Shown: positions 16,789-24,445 of the stretch, piece by piece
How positions within the stretch are numbered: position 1 is the stretch's first letter
Layout: the number at the start of each line of letters is the position of its first letter
Assembly (NCBI GenBank): GCA_964361505.1
Contig: CAYIAV010000002.1
Coordinates: 1 to 35,623 of the forward strand
Length of the DNA stretch: 35,623 nt
Direction: 5' to 3'
Source: Candidatus Woesearchaeota archaeon
Lineage (GTDB): Archaea; Nanobdellota; Nanobdellia; SCGC-AAA011-G17; GW2011-AR20
Position numbers and translations under genes: made by a program
Notes under the pieces: generated by a model
Told to the model about the DNA's origin: nothing
Database searches by the model: none
Seen by the model: the letters and a program-made list of their open reading frames with translations, nothing else

Positions 16789-17430
16789 ATGATTAAAAAA
16801 GGAGATTTTATAGAATTGAATTTTACTGCAAGAATCACCGATTCAAATAAAGTTTTTGATACAACAAAAAAAGAGATAGCAGAACAAAACCATTTCCATG
16901 AAAATCATGATTATAATCCGATAGTAATTTGCGTTGGTCATAATGATGTAATTCAAGGCCTAGACGAGCAATTAATAGGAAAAGAGCTCAAAAAATACAT
17001 TTTCAATATCCCAACAGAAAAAGGATTTGGAAAAAAACATCATGAATTAATCAAATTAGTTCCTTCTTCTTTATTCGCAAAACAAAACATAAAACCTATT
17101 CCAGGTTTACAAATCAACTTAAACGATATGATCGGCACAATAAGATCAGTAAGTGGTGGTAGAACTGTAATAGACTTTAATCATCCTTTAGCAGGTAAAG
17201 ACTTAAGTTATGAAGTAGAAATTTTAAGAGAAGTCAAAGATACAAAAGAAAGAGTTAAAAGTATAATATCACAAATCACAAAGAAATCTGAAATAACAAT
17301 AACAAATAATGAAGTAGAGATTAAATCAAATATTGGAAAAGATTTTCAAGAAAAAATAAAAGAGGAGATAAAAGCAAGAATTCCAGAAATAAAAGAGATA
17401 AAATTCTCAAAAGAAGAGAATGCAATATAA
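16789..17430 (+). CDS. FKBP-type peptidyl-prolyl isomerase (SlyD-like)
   Basis: GDFIELNFTARI...VFDTT, VIQGLDEQLIGKE and NHPLAGKDLSYEVEIL motifs. ATG 16789 is preferred over the upstream TTG 16729. Confidence 0.75.
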   Translation: MIKKGDFIELNFTARITDSNKVFDTTKKEIAEQNHFHENHDYNPIVICVGHNDVIQGLDEQLIGKELKKYIFNIPTEKGFGKKHHELIKLVPSSLFAKQNIKPIPGLQINLNDMIGTIRSVSGGRTVIDFNHPLAGKDLSYEVEILREVKDTKERVKSIISQITKKSEITITNNEVEIKSNIGKDFQEKIKEEIKARIPEIKEIKFSKEENAI

Positions 17431-17493
17431 TTTCTTAAATATAATCACTAAAGAATAAATAAATTTATATATGTACATCAAATAAGCATCATT

Positions 17494-18615
17494 ATGGATT
17501 CAATCATAAGAACTGTTTCTAGAACTGAAAGAGAGAGACCATTAAAATCAGAAATCAGGAAAACATCTCCAATAGATGAAGAACTAGAACAATTATTGGC
17601 TGCGCAAAGAGCAAAGATAAAAGTAATAGGTGTTGGCGGAGGCGGAGGTAACACAATCTCAAGAATCTCTGAAATAGGAATAACAGGAGTAGAAACAATA
17701 GCAACAAACACAGATGCCCAAGATCTTTTATATGCAAACGCAGATGTAAAAATTCTTCTTGGAAAGCAGGTTAGCAAGGGAATGGGTGCAGGTTCTCTTC
17801 CTCAGGTGGGAGAAGAAGCTGCCAGAGAAAGTGAAGCTGAAGTAAAGCAGGCAATTCATGGCTCAGATATGATATTTATTACTTGTGGTTTAGGTGGGGG
17901 TACAGGAACAGGTGCATCTCCAGTTATAGCTGATATTGCAAAAAAAAGCGGTGCATTAACAGTAGCTGTAGTAACAATTCCTTTTTCTATGGAAGGAAGA
18001 AGAAGATTAGACAATGCATTATTAGGTCTGGACAAGTTAGAGCAAGCAGTAGATACTTTAATTGTTATACCCAATGATAAATTATTAGAACTAGCTCCTG
18101 ACCTGCCATTACAAACAGCATTCAAAGTAGCAGATGAAATTCTCACTAATGCCGTAAAAGGAATCGCAGAACTAGTTACAAAAGCAGGTCTAGTCAATCT
18201 AGATTTTGCAGATATAAAATCAGTAATGGGAAAAGGAGGAGTAGCAATGATTGGAGTTGGTGAATCAGATACTGAACGAAGAGCAGTAGAAGCAGTAGAA
18301 AAAGCAATTTCCAATCCATTACTTGATGTCGACATCACAGGAGCAAATGGAGCATTAATCAATGTATCTGGAGGTCCAGACATGACATTGAACGAAGCCC
18401 GAGAAGTAGTGCAGAGAGTATCAGAACGCCTAGATGAGGATGCAAAAATCATATGGGGTGCGCAAATTTCAGAAGACCTTGAACACACAGTAAGAACAAT
18501 GCTCATAGTAACAGGCGTTCATTCTCCTCAAATCTTTGGAAGCACAAGAAAAACAATATCAGAAAAGAAGAATAAAGAAATGGAACAAGAGCTAGGTATT
18601 GATTTTATGGATTAA
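17494..18615 (+). CDS. ftsZ: cell division GTPase FtsZ
   Basis: GVGGGGGN and GLGGGTGTGASPVIA tubulin signature. Confidence 0.95.
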   Translation: MDSIIRTVSRTERERPLKSEIRKTSPIDEELEQLLAAQRAKIKVIGVGGGGGNTISRISEIGITGVETIATNTDAQDLLYANADVKILLGKQVSKGMGAGSLPQVGEEAARESEAEVKQAIHGSDMIFITCGLGGGTGTGASPVIADIAKKSGALTVAVVTIPFSMEGRRRLDNALLGLDKLEQAVDTLIVIPNDKLLELAPDLPLQTAFKVADEILTNAVKGIAELVTKAGLVNLDFADIKSVMGKGGVAMIGVGESDTERRAVEAVEKAISNPLLDVDITGANGALINVSGGPDMTLNEAREVVQRVSERLDEDAKIIWGAQISEDLEHTVRTMLIVTGVHSPQIFGSTRKTISEKKNKEMEQELGIDFMD

Positions 18616-18661
18616 AACACCTTATGGTAATCTTTATAAACCTGATTTTCTCAAAAATTTT

Positions 18662-18838
18662 ATGTCTCTATGGGAAAAATTCAAGCTGTTCATAATTGAA
18701 TCAAAAAGGGTTTTTAGATCAACAAAGAAGCCATCAAAAGAAGAATATCTCGCTATAGTCAAGGTATCAGGCATAGGTGTGCTTATCATAGGATTCCTAG
18801 GATTCCTAATCCATATGATATCATCACTAATACATTAA
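18662..18838 (+). CDS. secE: protein translocase SecE/Sec61-gamma
   Basis: ATG 18662 gives a 58-aa tail-anchored protein (KKPSKEEYLAIVKVSGIGVLIIGFLGFLI). It has the conserved position upstream of spt5. Confidence 0.75.
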   Translation: MSLWEKFKLFIIESKRVFRSTKKPSKEEYLAIVKVSGIGVLIIGFLGFLIHMISSLIH

Positions 18839-18839
18839 A

Positions 18840-19301
18840 ATGGCAATATTTGCTATAAGAACAACGGCAAACAGAGAAGACCAAGTATTGGATTTTGTTA
18901 GCTCAAATGCTAAAAAAAAGTCTCTAAACGTATATTCCTTAATCCATCCTCATGGTATGCGTGGTTATATCTTCATAGAAGCAGATAACAAGCAGGACGC
19001 TGAAAATGCCACATTAGGAGTTCCTTATGCCAAAGGAATCCTTCAAAGTCCTATAACCTACAAAGAGATAGAGCATATGTTAGAGCAGGCAAAAACGCAG
19101 ACAAATATTATTAAAAATGATATTGTCGAAATAATATCGGGTCCATTCAAAAGAGAAAAGGCAAAAGTAGTAAGAGTTGACAAACAGAAAGAAGAAGTCA
19201 TTGTTGAATTACTAGAATCTGCAGTTCCAATACCAATGACAATAAAACTTGATTCTGTTAAAGTTATAAGAAGAGAAGGTGAAGAACAGAAAGAAGAATA
19301 A
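18840..19301 (+). CDS. spt5: transcription elongation factor Spt5/NusG
   Basis: NGN domain (IFAIRTTANREDQV) plus KOW (DIVEIISGPFKREKAKVVRVD). Confidence 0.85.
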   Translation: MAIFAIRTTANREDQVLDFVSSNAKKKSLNVYSLIHPHGMRGYIFIEADNKQDAENATLGVPYAKGILQSPITYKEIEHMLEQAKTQTNIIKNDIVEIISGPFKREKAKVVRVDKQKEEVIVELLESAVPIPMTIKLDSVKVIRREGEEQKEE

Positions 19302-19302
19302 G

Positions 19303-19995
19303 ATGGGAACAGAAAGATTAGAATTACTTGTTGAAGGCGGAAAAGCTGCTGCCGATCAAAATACAGCGCAGAAGCTGGGTCCTCTGGGTATCTTACAGAA
19401 TGTTATAAAGTCAGTAAATGATAAAACAGCTTCATTTGCAGGCATGAAAGTTCCAGTAAAGGTTTCTATTGACACAACAACAAAGGAGTTTACAATATCC
19501 ATAGGTACACCTCCAATAGCTGAACTAATAAAAAAAGAGTTAAATGTACAAAAAGGTTCAGGCACTCCAGATAAACAAAAGATAGGAAATCTCTCAATAG
19601 AGTCAATAATAAAGATTGCAAAAATGAAAAGAGATTCTATGCACGCTAATACATTAAAGTCTGCAGTAAAATCAACAGCAGGCTCAGCAAATTCATTAGG
19701 TGTTTTAATAGAAGGCAAACAAGCAAAAGAAATATGTGAAATGATAGATAAAGGAATCTTTGATAAGCAGATTGAAGAAGAAATAACAGTAGCTCCTGAA
19801 AATAAAAAGCAAGTTCTCAAAGCTCAGTTGGATGAATACAACCAAATGATGAAGAAAGAACTAGAGAAGATGAAAGCGGCTGCAACTGCCCAGGAAAAAC
19901 CAAAAGCAGCAGAAGAAAAAGCAGCAGCTCCAGCAGAAGAAAAAGCAGCAACTGCTAAACCTGCAAAAGAAGAAAAAAAGCCAGGAAAGAAGTAG
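19303..19995 (+). CDS. rpl11: ribosomal protein L11 (uL11) with a ~70-aa C-terminal extension
   Basis: GGKAAADQNTAQKLGPLGI and the PPIAELIKKEL core. ATG 19303 is preferred over 19279. The tail is coiled-coil plus an Ala/Glu/Lys repeat (AAEEKAAAPAEEKAATAKPAKEEKKPGKK). Confidence 0.85.
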   Translation: MGTERLELLVEGGKAAADQNTAQKLGPLGILQNVIKSVNDKTASFAGMKVPVKVSIDTTTKEFTISIGTPPIAELIKKELNVQKGSGTPDKQKIGNLSIESIIKIAKMKRDSMHANTLKSAVKSTAGSANSLGVLIEGKQAKEICEMIDKGIFDKQIEEEITVAPENKKQVLKAQLDEYNQMMKKELEKMKAAATAQEKPKAAEEKAAAPAEEKAATAKPAKEEKKPGKK

Positions 19996-20039
19996 ATTTC
20001 TTTCAATAAATTTATAAAACAAGTAATATAAACAAAATA

Positions 20040-20171
20040 GGGGCTTACTTCCATTGCCGGTATGGGACTTCAAAAAGAAGCATAAAGCTATAGGCTAATG
20101 GTTAGGCTCACAGGTTTGGGTCTAAAAGAGCAAAAAACCTGTTGATCCAGGTTCGAATCCTGGTAGCCCCA
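20040..20171 (+). tRNA. tRNA-Pro(UGG) gene with a canonical intron and an acceptor-stem interruption
   Basis: The 3' acceptor TAGCCCC + A73 pairs with GGGGCT (20040-20045) + A20090, which are separated by 44 nt. D-arm GGCT-AATGGTTA-GGCT. After removing 20121-20136 (16 nt, 37/38), the anticodon arm is ACAGG-TTTGGGA-CCTGT, with a perfect central helix TTTG/CAAA and 3-nt bulges. T-arm CCAGG-TTCGAAT-CCTGG. Mature length is 72 nt. Confidence 0.7.
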
Positions 20172-20213
20172 CTCCAAAAGATTTAAAAAACAAAGGGATT
20201 AGGTTCTATAAAA

Positions 20214-20423
20214 ATGGCAAAACACAAAGTAGGAACAGCAGGACGTTTCGGACCAAGATATGGAAGAAAAATTCGACATATAGTTTCAGAAATTGAAAAA
20301 AAATTGCGCTCTTGGCACAAATGCCCTTACTGCAAAAAATTAAGAGTTAAAAGAATTTCATCTGGCATATGGGAGTGCAGAACATGTAATACAAAATTTA
20401 CAGGAAAAGCATATACACTATGA
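20214..20423 (+). CDS. rpl37ae: ribosomal protein L37Ae (eL43)
   Basis: GTAGRFGPRYG plus the zinc ribbon CPYC...CRTC. Confidence 0.9.
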   Translation: MAKHKVGTAGRFGPRYGRKIRHIVSEIEKKLRSWHKCPYCKKLRVKRISSGIWECRTCNTKFTGKAYTL

Positions 20424-20425
20424 AA

Positions 20426-20563
20426 ATGGTTACGCATAAATGTTTTGTTTGTGATAAGACAGTAAAGCAAGACTATACTAAGAAAAAAATCAGATGTCCT
20501 TATTGCGGTTCTAAGATTCTATACAAACCTAGAATAATATCCAGAAAAGTAAAAGCTATCTAA
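20426..20563 (+). CDS. rpoP: RNA polymerase subunit P (Rpo12), unannotated 45 aa
   Basis: MVTHKCFVCDKTVKQDYTKKKIRCPYCGSKILYKPRIISRKVKAI carries the CxxC...CPYCG ribbon and a KAI C-terminus, as in archaeal RpoP. Confidence 0.8.
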   Translation: MVTHKCFVCDKTVKQDYTKKKIRCPYCGSKILYKPRIISRKVKAI

Positions 20564-20564
20564 C

Positions 20565-20888
20565 ATGGAAGATCAAAACCAGCAAATTCAGAAGCTTCAG
20601 CAATTGGAGCAAAATCTTCAATCCTTAATGATGCAACGCCAATCATTCCAATCCCAATTTCTCGATACGGAAAATGCATTAAAAGAAATGCAAGTTCCTC
20701 AAAAAGAGGTATACAAAATTATGGGAACAATAATGATAAATATTTCTCAAGAAGAAATAAAAAAGGAATTAGAAGAAAAAAAAGAGATTCTTGATTTAAG
20801 AATCAAAAGCATTGAAAAACAGGAAGATATTTTAAGGAAGGAATCAGAAAAAATAAAAAAAGAGGTACTGGAAAAATTAAAGCAGTAA
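20565..20888 (+). CDS. pfdB: prefoldin beta subunit
   Basis: Coiled-coil / beta-hairpin / coiled-coil layout (QQLEQNLQSL ... VYKIMGTIMI ... ). Length is 107 aa. Confidence 0.75.
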   Translation: MEDQNQQIQKLQQLEQNLQSLMMQRQSFQSQFLDTENALKEMQVPQKEVYKIMGTIMINISQEEIKKELEEKKEILDLRIKSIEKQEDILRKESEKIKKEVLEKLKQ

Positions 20889-20889
20889 A

Positions 20890-21132
20890 ATGATCAAAGA
20901 TGAAATTAGTGATATTATCATGATACTCCGATCAATAAGGGAAGACAACAGCGTTCCAAAAAATGTAAAAAGCAAAATAGACTCAACTATTGGTTCTCTC
21001 AATTCTGAAAGTGAGGTTTCCTTAAGAATAGACAAGGCATTGCAGGAATTAAGTGAAATTTCTAACGACCCAAACATCCCAGCATATACAAGAATAGAAG
21101 TATTGAACATGATAAGCTTATTGAGCAAATAG
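20890..21132 (+). CDS. UPF0147-family small helical protein
   Basis: VPKNVKSKI ... LQELSEISNDPNIPAYTRIEVLNMISLL matches the conserved archaeal UPF0147 pattern. It lies downstream of prefoldin beta, as in many archaea. Confidence 0.6.
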   Translation: MIKDEISDIIMILRSIREDNSVPKNVKSKIDSTIGSLNSESEVSLRIDKALQELSEISNDPNIPAYTRIEVLNMISLLSK

Positions 21133-21177
21133 CAATAGAAATGTTTATATATTTATTGCAGTTAAATACTAATTAAA

Positions 21178-21603
21178 ATGGGTGCACTTTCAAAGTTTAA
21201 AGATATCTTCAAGAGAGAAGATGAAGGATTCGAAGGAGAAATGGGCGAAGACTATGTCGAGCTAGCAGGTCCATTGGAAAAAGGCTCAAAAGCAAAGGTT
21301 ATAGTAAGACCTTTTGTTATTGAAGATTTCACAGATGTAAAACCAGTTCTAGACTGCCTAAGAGAAGGCGTAACAATAGCTCTTGTTAATATTAGACCTC
21401 TAAAAGAAAGAGATATAGTAGAGTTAAAGAGAGCTGTAAGTAAGCTGAAGAAGACCTGTGATGCAATAAGTGGGGATATTGCAGGATTCGGAGAAGACTG
21501 GATTGTGATAACTCCTCAATTTGCGCAGATTTACAGAACAGGTCAGACTGAAGACATAAGAGAATCAGCTTCAGCAAGTGCTGCAATGCAGACAGATAAT
21601 TAG
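21178..21603 (+). CDS. sepF: SepF-like FtsZ-anchoring cell division protein
   Basis: VIVRPFVIEDFTDVKPVLDCLREGVTIALVNIRPL...DIAGFGEDWIVITP matches the DUF552/SepF core. Confidence 0.7.
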   Translation: MGALSKFKDIFKREDEGFEGEMGEDYVELAGPLEKGSKAKVIVRPFVIEDFTDVKPVLDCLREGVTIALVNIRPLKERDIVELKRAVSKLKKTCDAISGDIAGFGEDWIVITPQFAQIYRTGQTEDIRESASASAAMQTDN

Positions 21604-21635
21604 TTTTATAAATTGTATCTTCATTCTTTTATGCT

Positions 21636-22151
21636 ATGGAATTAATTGAAAAGCAAGAATGTCCTGTTTGTAGAGAAAAAGCAATGCGGTTAATTCAAGA
21701 AGAAAGAGAAGTCCCTCATTTTGGTAAGTGCTATTTAATGTCAATGAACTGTACAAAATGCTTATATCACTCTTCAGATATAGAAGTTGAAAAAAAAGAT
21801 AATTCTAAAAAATATGAGTTTACAGTTGAAAAAAAAGAAGACTTAAATGTTAAGGTTATAAAATCAGGTGAAGCAACAATAAAGATACCTCAATTAAGAA
21901 TGTCTGTAACTCCAGGTGCTTCCTCTATAGGTTATATTTCAAACATAGAGGGAGTTTTAAGAAGGTTCAAAAAAATTATTGAGGACCAAAGAAACACAGC
22001 AGAAGATCCAGAAACAAAAAAAACAGCTAAAAACCTATTAAAAAAGTTCTGGAAGGCAGAATGCGGGGAATTAGTTCTAAAAATTGTCATAGAAGATCCA
22101 TCGGGAAATTCTGCTATAATATCTAGTAAAGCAGTAGTAAGTAAAAAATGA
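21636..22151 (+). CDS. ZPR1-type zinc finger protein
   Basis: CPVC...VPHFGKCYLMSMNCTKC followed by the ZPR1 beta domain (VIKSGEATIKIPQL...GYISNIEGVL). Confidence 0.75.
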   Translation: MELIEKQECPVCREKAMRLIQEEREVPHFGKCYLMSMNCTKCLYHSSDIEVEKKDNSKKYEFTVEKKEDLNVKVIKSGEATIKIPQLRMSVTPGASSIGYISNIEGVLRRFKKIIEDQRNTAEDPETKKTAKNLLKKFWKAECGELVLKIVIEDPSGNSAIISSKAVVSKK

Positions 22152-22825
22152 AAGTTGTATTTATAGATGCAAAAGCAAGTTTTGATATTGCTAAATTAAA
22201 AAAGAAGATCAGTTCTAAATTCAAAAAAGGAAAATTCGGTTTAGTTACAAGTGTACAATTCCTTTCCCAATTAGAAGAAATAAAAGTTATTTTGCCAAAT
22301 TCAGTAATTGCAGGTCAAGTAGTAGGCTGCAATGTTCTAAACACAATAAAAATAAAAGAAAAAGTAAATGCATTTATCTACATCGGTTCAGCATATTTTT
22401 ATCCGATAGAAATAGCAGCAAAAACAAAAATGCCTGTTTATGTAGCAAATCCATTAACAAATGAAATTTCTTTAGTTTCAAAAAAAGAAGTTGAAGAATA
22501 TGAGAAAAAAAAGAAAGGTAAAATCTTAAAGTTCTTATCAGTAAAAAAAATTGGGATTCTTGTTTCAACTAAACCAGGCCAGGAAAATATGAAATTAGCT
22601 TTGCTAATAAAAGAAAAACTTAATAAAGAATCAGTAATAGGAATATCAAATACATTAAATCCAGACAGTCTAGAAAATTTTTCAGATGTTGAGTACTGGA
22701 TAAACACAGCATGCTCAAGAATAGAGCATCCAAAAATAATAAACTTCGAAGATATACCAAAAGAATATCTTAATGTAAAATCAAAGGTTGAAAATTTCAG
22801 ACCAAACCTAATAAAAGCCAAATGA
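22148..22825 (+). CDS. dph2: Dph2-like diphthamide synthesis protein, short 225-aa form
   Basis: GQVVGCNV and WINTACSRIEHP match the domain 2 and domain 3 Cys motifs of archaeal Dph2. The domain-1 region is absent. 4-nt overlap with the ZPR1 gene. Confidence 0.65.
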   Translation: MKVVFIDAKASFDIAKLKKKISSKFKKGKFGLVTSVQFLSQLEEIKVILPNSVIAGQVVGCNVLNTIKIKEKVNAFIYIGSAYFYPIEIAAKTKMPVYVANPLTNEISLVSKKEVEEYEKKKKGKILKFLSVKKIGILVSTKPGQENMKLALLIKEKLNKESVIGISNTLNPDSLENFSDVEYWINTACSRIEHPKIINFEDIPKEYLNVKSKVENFRPNLIKAK

Positions 22826-24318
22826 CAAAAACAGAAAGCATAATGAACATCGCAACAAAGCGAGGCTTCTTCTTTCCAGCTGGTGAAATATACAAACCAA
22901 TTGCAGGATTTTGGACTTATGGTCATTTAGGAACATTAATGAAGCATAACTGGGAAAGCCTTTGGAGAAAATATTTCTTAACATTAAACACAAATTATTT
23001 TGAAATTGAAGATGTAAATATCATGCACAAAGCAGTATTTCAAAGCTCAGGTCATTTAGACAATTTTAATGATCCTTTAACTGAATGTAAAAAATGCCAT
23101 TTTCGCTGTAGAGCAGACCAATTAATAGAAGATGTATTAGAAAGAAGTGCAGACGGTCTTAAAGAAAAAGAGATGGAAGATCTAATTAAAAAAAATAAGA
23201 TAAAATGCCCTAATTGTAATGCAACTGATTTTGATAAGGTTGTATGGTTTAACATGATGTTTGACTTGAAAGTTGGTGCAACAGGAAACGAAACAGTTTA
23301 CCTAAGGCCAGAAACAGCACAATCTCCTTACCTAGCATTTAAACGAGAATTTTCAGCTTTAAGAGAAAAATTACCAATGGGTCTAGCAGTCATAGGAAAA
23401 GCATTCAGAAATGAAATATCTCCTAGACAAGGATTTTTCAGATTAAGAGAATTTACTCAGGCAGAGTTGCAGATATTTTTTAATCCTGAAAATCTTGATA
23501 AAACAGAGAATTGGAATGAAGTAAAAAACTACAAAGTAAGAGTTCTCTTGGTAAAAGATAAAAAAATAAATGAAATTTCTTGTGATGAATTAAATAAAAA
23601 ACTAAAATTGCCTAAGCTCTATGTTTATCACTTAGCTAAAATTCAAAAATTCTATTTGGATATTTTAAAAATCCCAAAAGACAAATACAGATTTAGGGAG
23701 TTATCAGAAGCAGAAAGGGCATTTTACAATAAAATTCATTTTGATATAGAATTGGATTTAGAAACACTAAAAGGCTTCAAGGAAGTAGCAGGTTTGCATT
23801 ATCGTGGAGATCATGATTTAGGTGGTCATCAAAAAGGCTCAAAAGAAAGACTAGAAGTTAACATAGAAGGGGAAAAATTAATACCTCATGTCTTAGAATT
23901 AAGTTTCGGAGTTGATAGGAACATATGGGCTTTAATGGATATTTTCTATAAAGAAGAAAAAGAAAGAACAGTATTCAAGTTTGGTCCAGAAGTGTCTCCT
24001 ATTCAAGTTGCTATATTTCCATTAGTAAGAAAAGATAAGTTGCCTGAAAAAGCAAAAGAAATTTTTGAATTGTTAAACAAAGATTTCACATGCTCTTATG
24101 ATGAAACAGGTTCAATAGGAAAAATGTATAGAAGAATGGATGAAATTGGCTGTAATGCAATGATCACAGTAGACTATGAGTCATTAAAAAATGATTCAGT
24201 AACACTAAGAGATAGAGATTCTCTAAAACAAATAAGAATTAAAATAAAAGATATCAAAGAAATTCTAAAAAAATTCTTAGAAGGCGAAAAACTGGAAAAA
24301 TTAGGAAAGATAGTTTAA
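22822..24318 (+). CDS. glyS: glycyl-tRNA synthetase (archaeal/eukaryotic alpha2 type)
   Basis: KRGFFFPAGEIYKPIAGFWTYGHLG, FRNEISPRQGFFRLREFTQAE (motif 2) and a C-terminal anticodon-binding domain. Confidence 0.9.
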   Translation: MTKTESIMNIATKRGFFFPAGEIYKPIAGFWTYGHLGTLMKHNWESLWRKYFLTLNTNYFEIEDVNIMHKAVFQSSGHLDNFNDPLTECKKCHFRCRADQLIEDVLERSADGLKEKEMEDLIKKNKIKCPNCNATDFDKVVWFNMMFDLKVGATGNETVYLRPETAQSPYLAFKREFSALREKLPMGLAVIGKAFRNEISPRQGFFRLREFTQAELQIFFNPENLDKTENWNEVKNYKVRVLLVKDKKINEISCDELNKKLKLPKLYVYHLAKIQKFYLDILKIPKDKYRFRELSEAERAFYNKIHFDIELDLETLKGFKEVAGLHYRGDHDLGGHQKGSKERLEVNIEGEKLIPHVLELSFGVDRNIWALMDIFYKEEKERTVFKFGPEVSPIQVAIFPLVRKDKLPEKAKEIFELLNKDFTCSYDETGSIGKMYRRMDEIGCNAMITVDYESLKNDSVTLRDRDSLKQIRIKIKDIKEILKKFLEGEKLEKLGKIV

Positions 24319-24346
24319 TAAAATTAATATATTCAATTCTTAGAAT

Positions 24347-24431
24347 GGGCCAGTAGTATAACGGCTAGAATCCGCCCATGGCATGGGTGGGATCCGGGTT
24401 CGAAAATTCATCGAAAGTCCCGGCTGGTCCA
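24347..24431 (+). tRNA. tRNA-Ala(GGC) gene with a 13-nt intron in the T-loop
   Basis: Acceptor GGGCCAG/CTGGTCC carries the G3:U70 Ala identity pair, with A73. Anticodon arm CGCCC-ATGGCAT-GGGTG. T-arm CCGGG-TTCGAAT-CCCGG after removing 24405-24417 (position 59/60). Central helix TTCG/CGAA is perfect, with bulges AAA and AGT. Confidence 0.85.
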
Positions 24432-24445
24432 ATACATTTATAAAA

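Noticed and set aside
24383-24445. N-terminal 21 codons of the track ORF for SppA
   Set aside because: This stretch lies inside tRNA-Ala (24347-24431). The protein-like sequence with its TM helix begins at ATG 24446.
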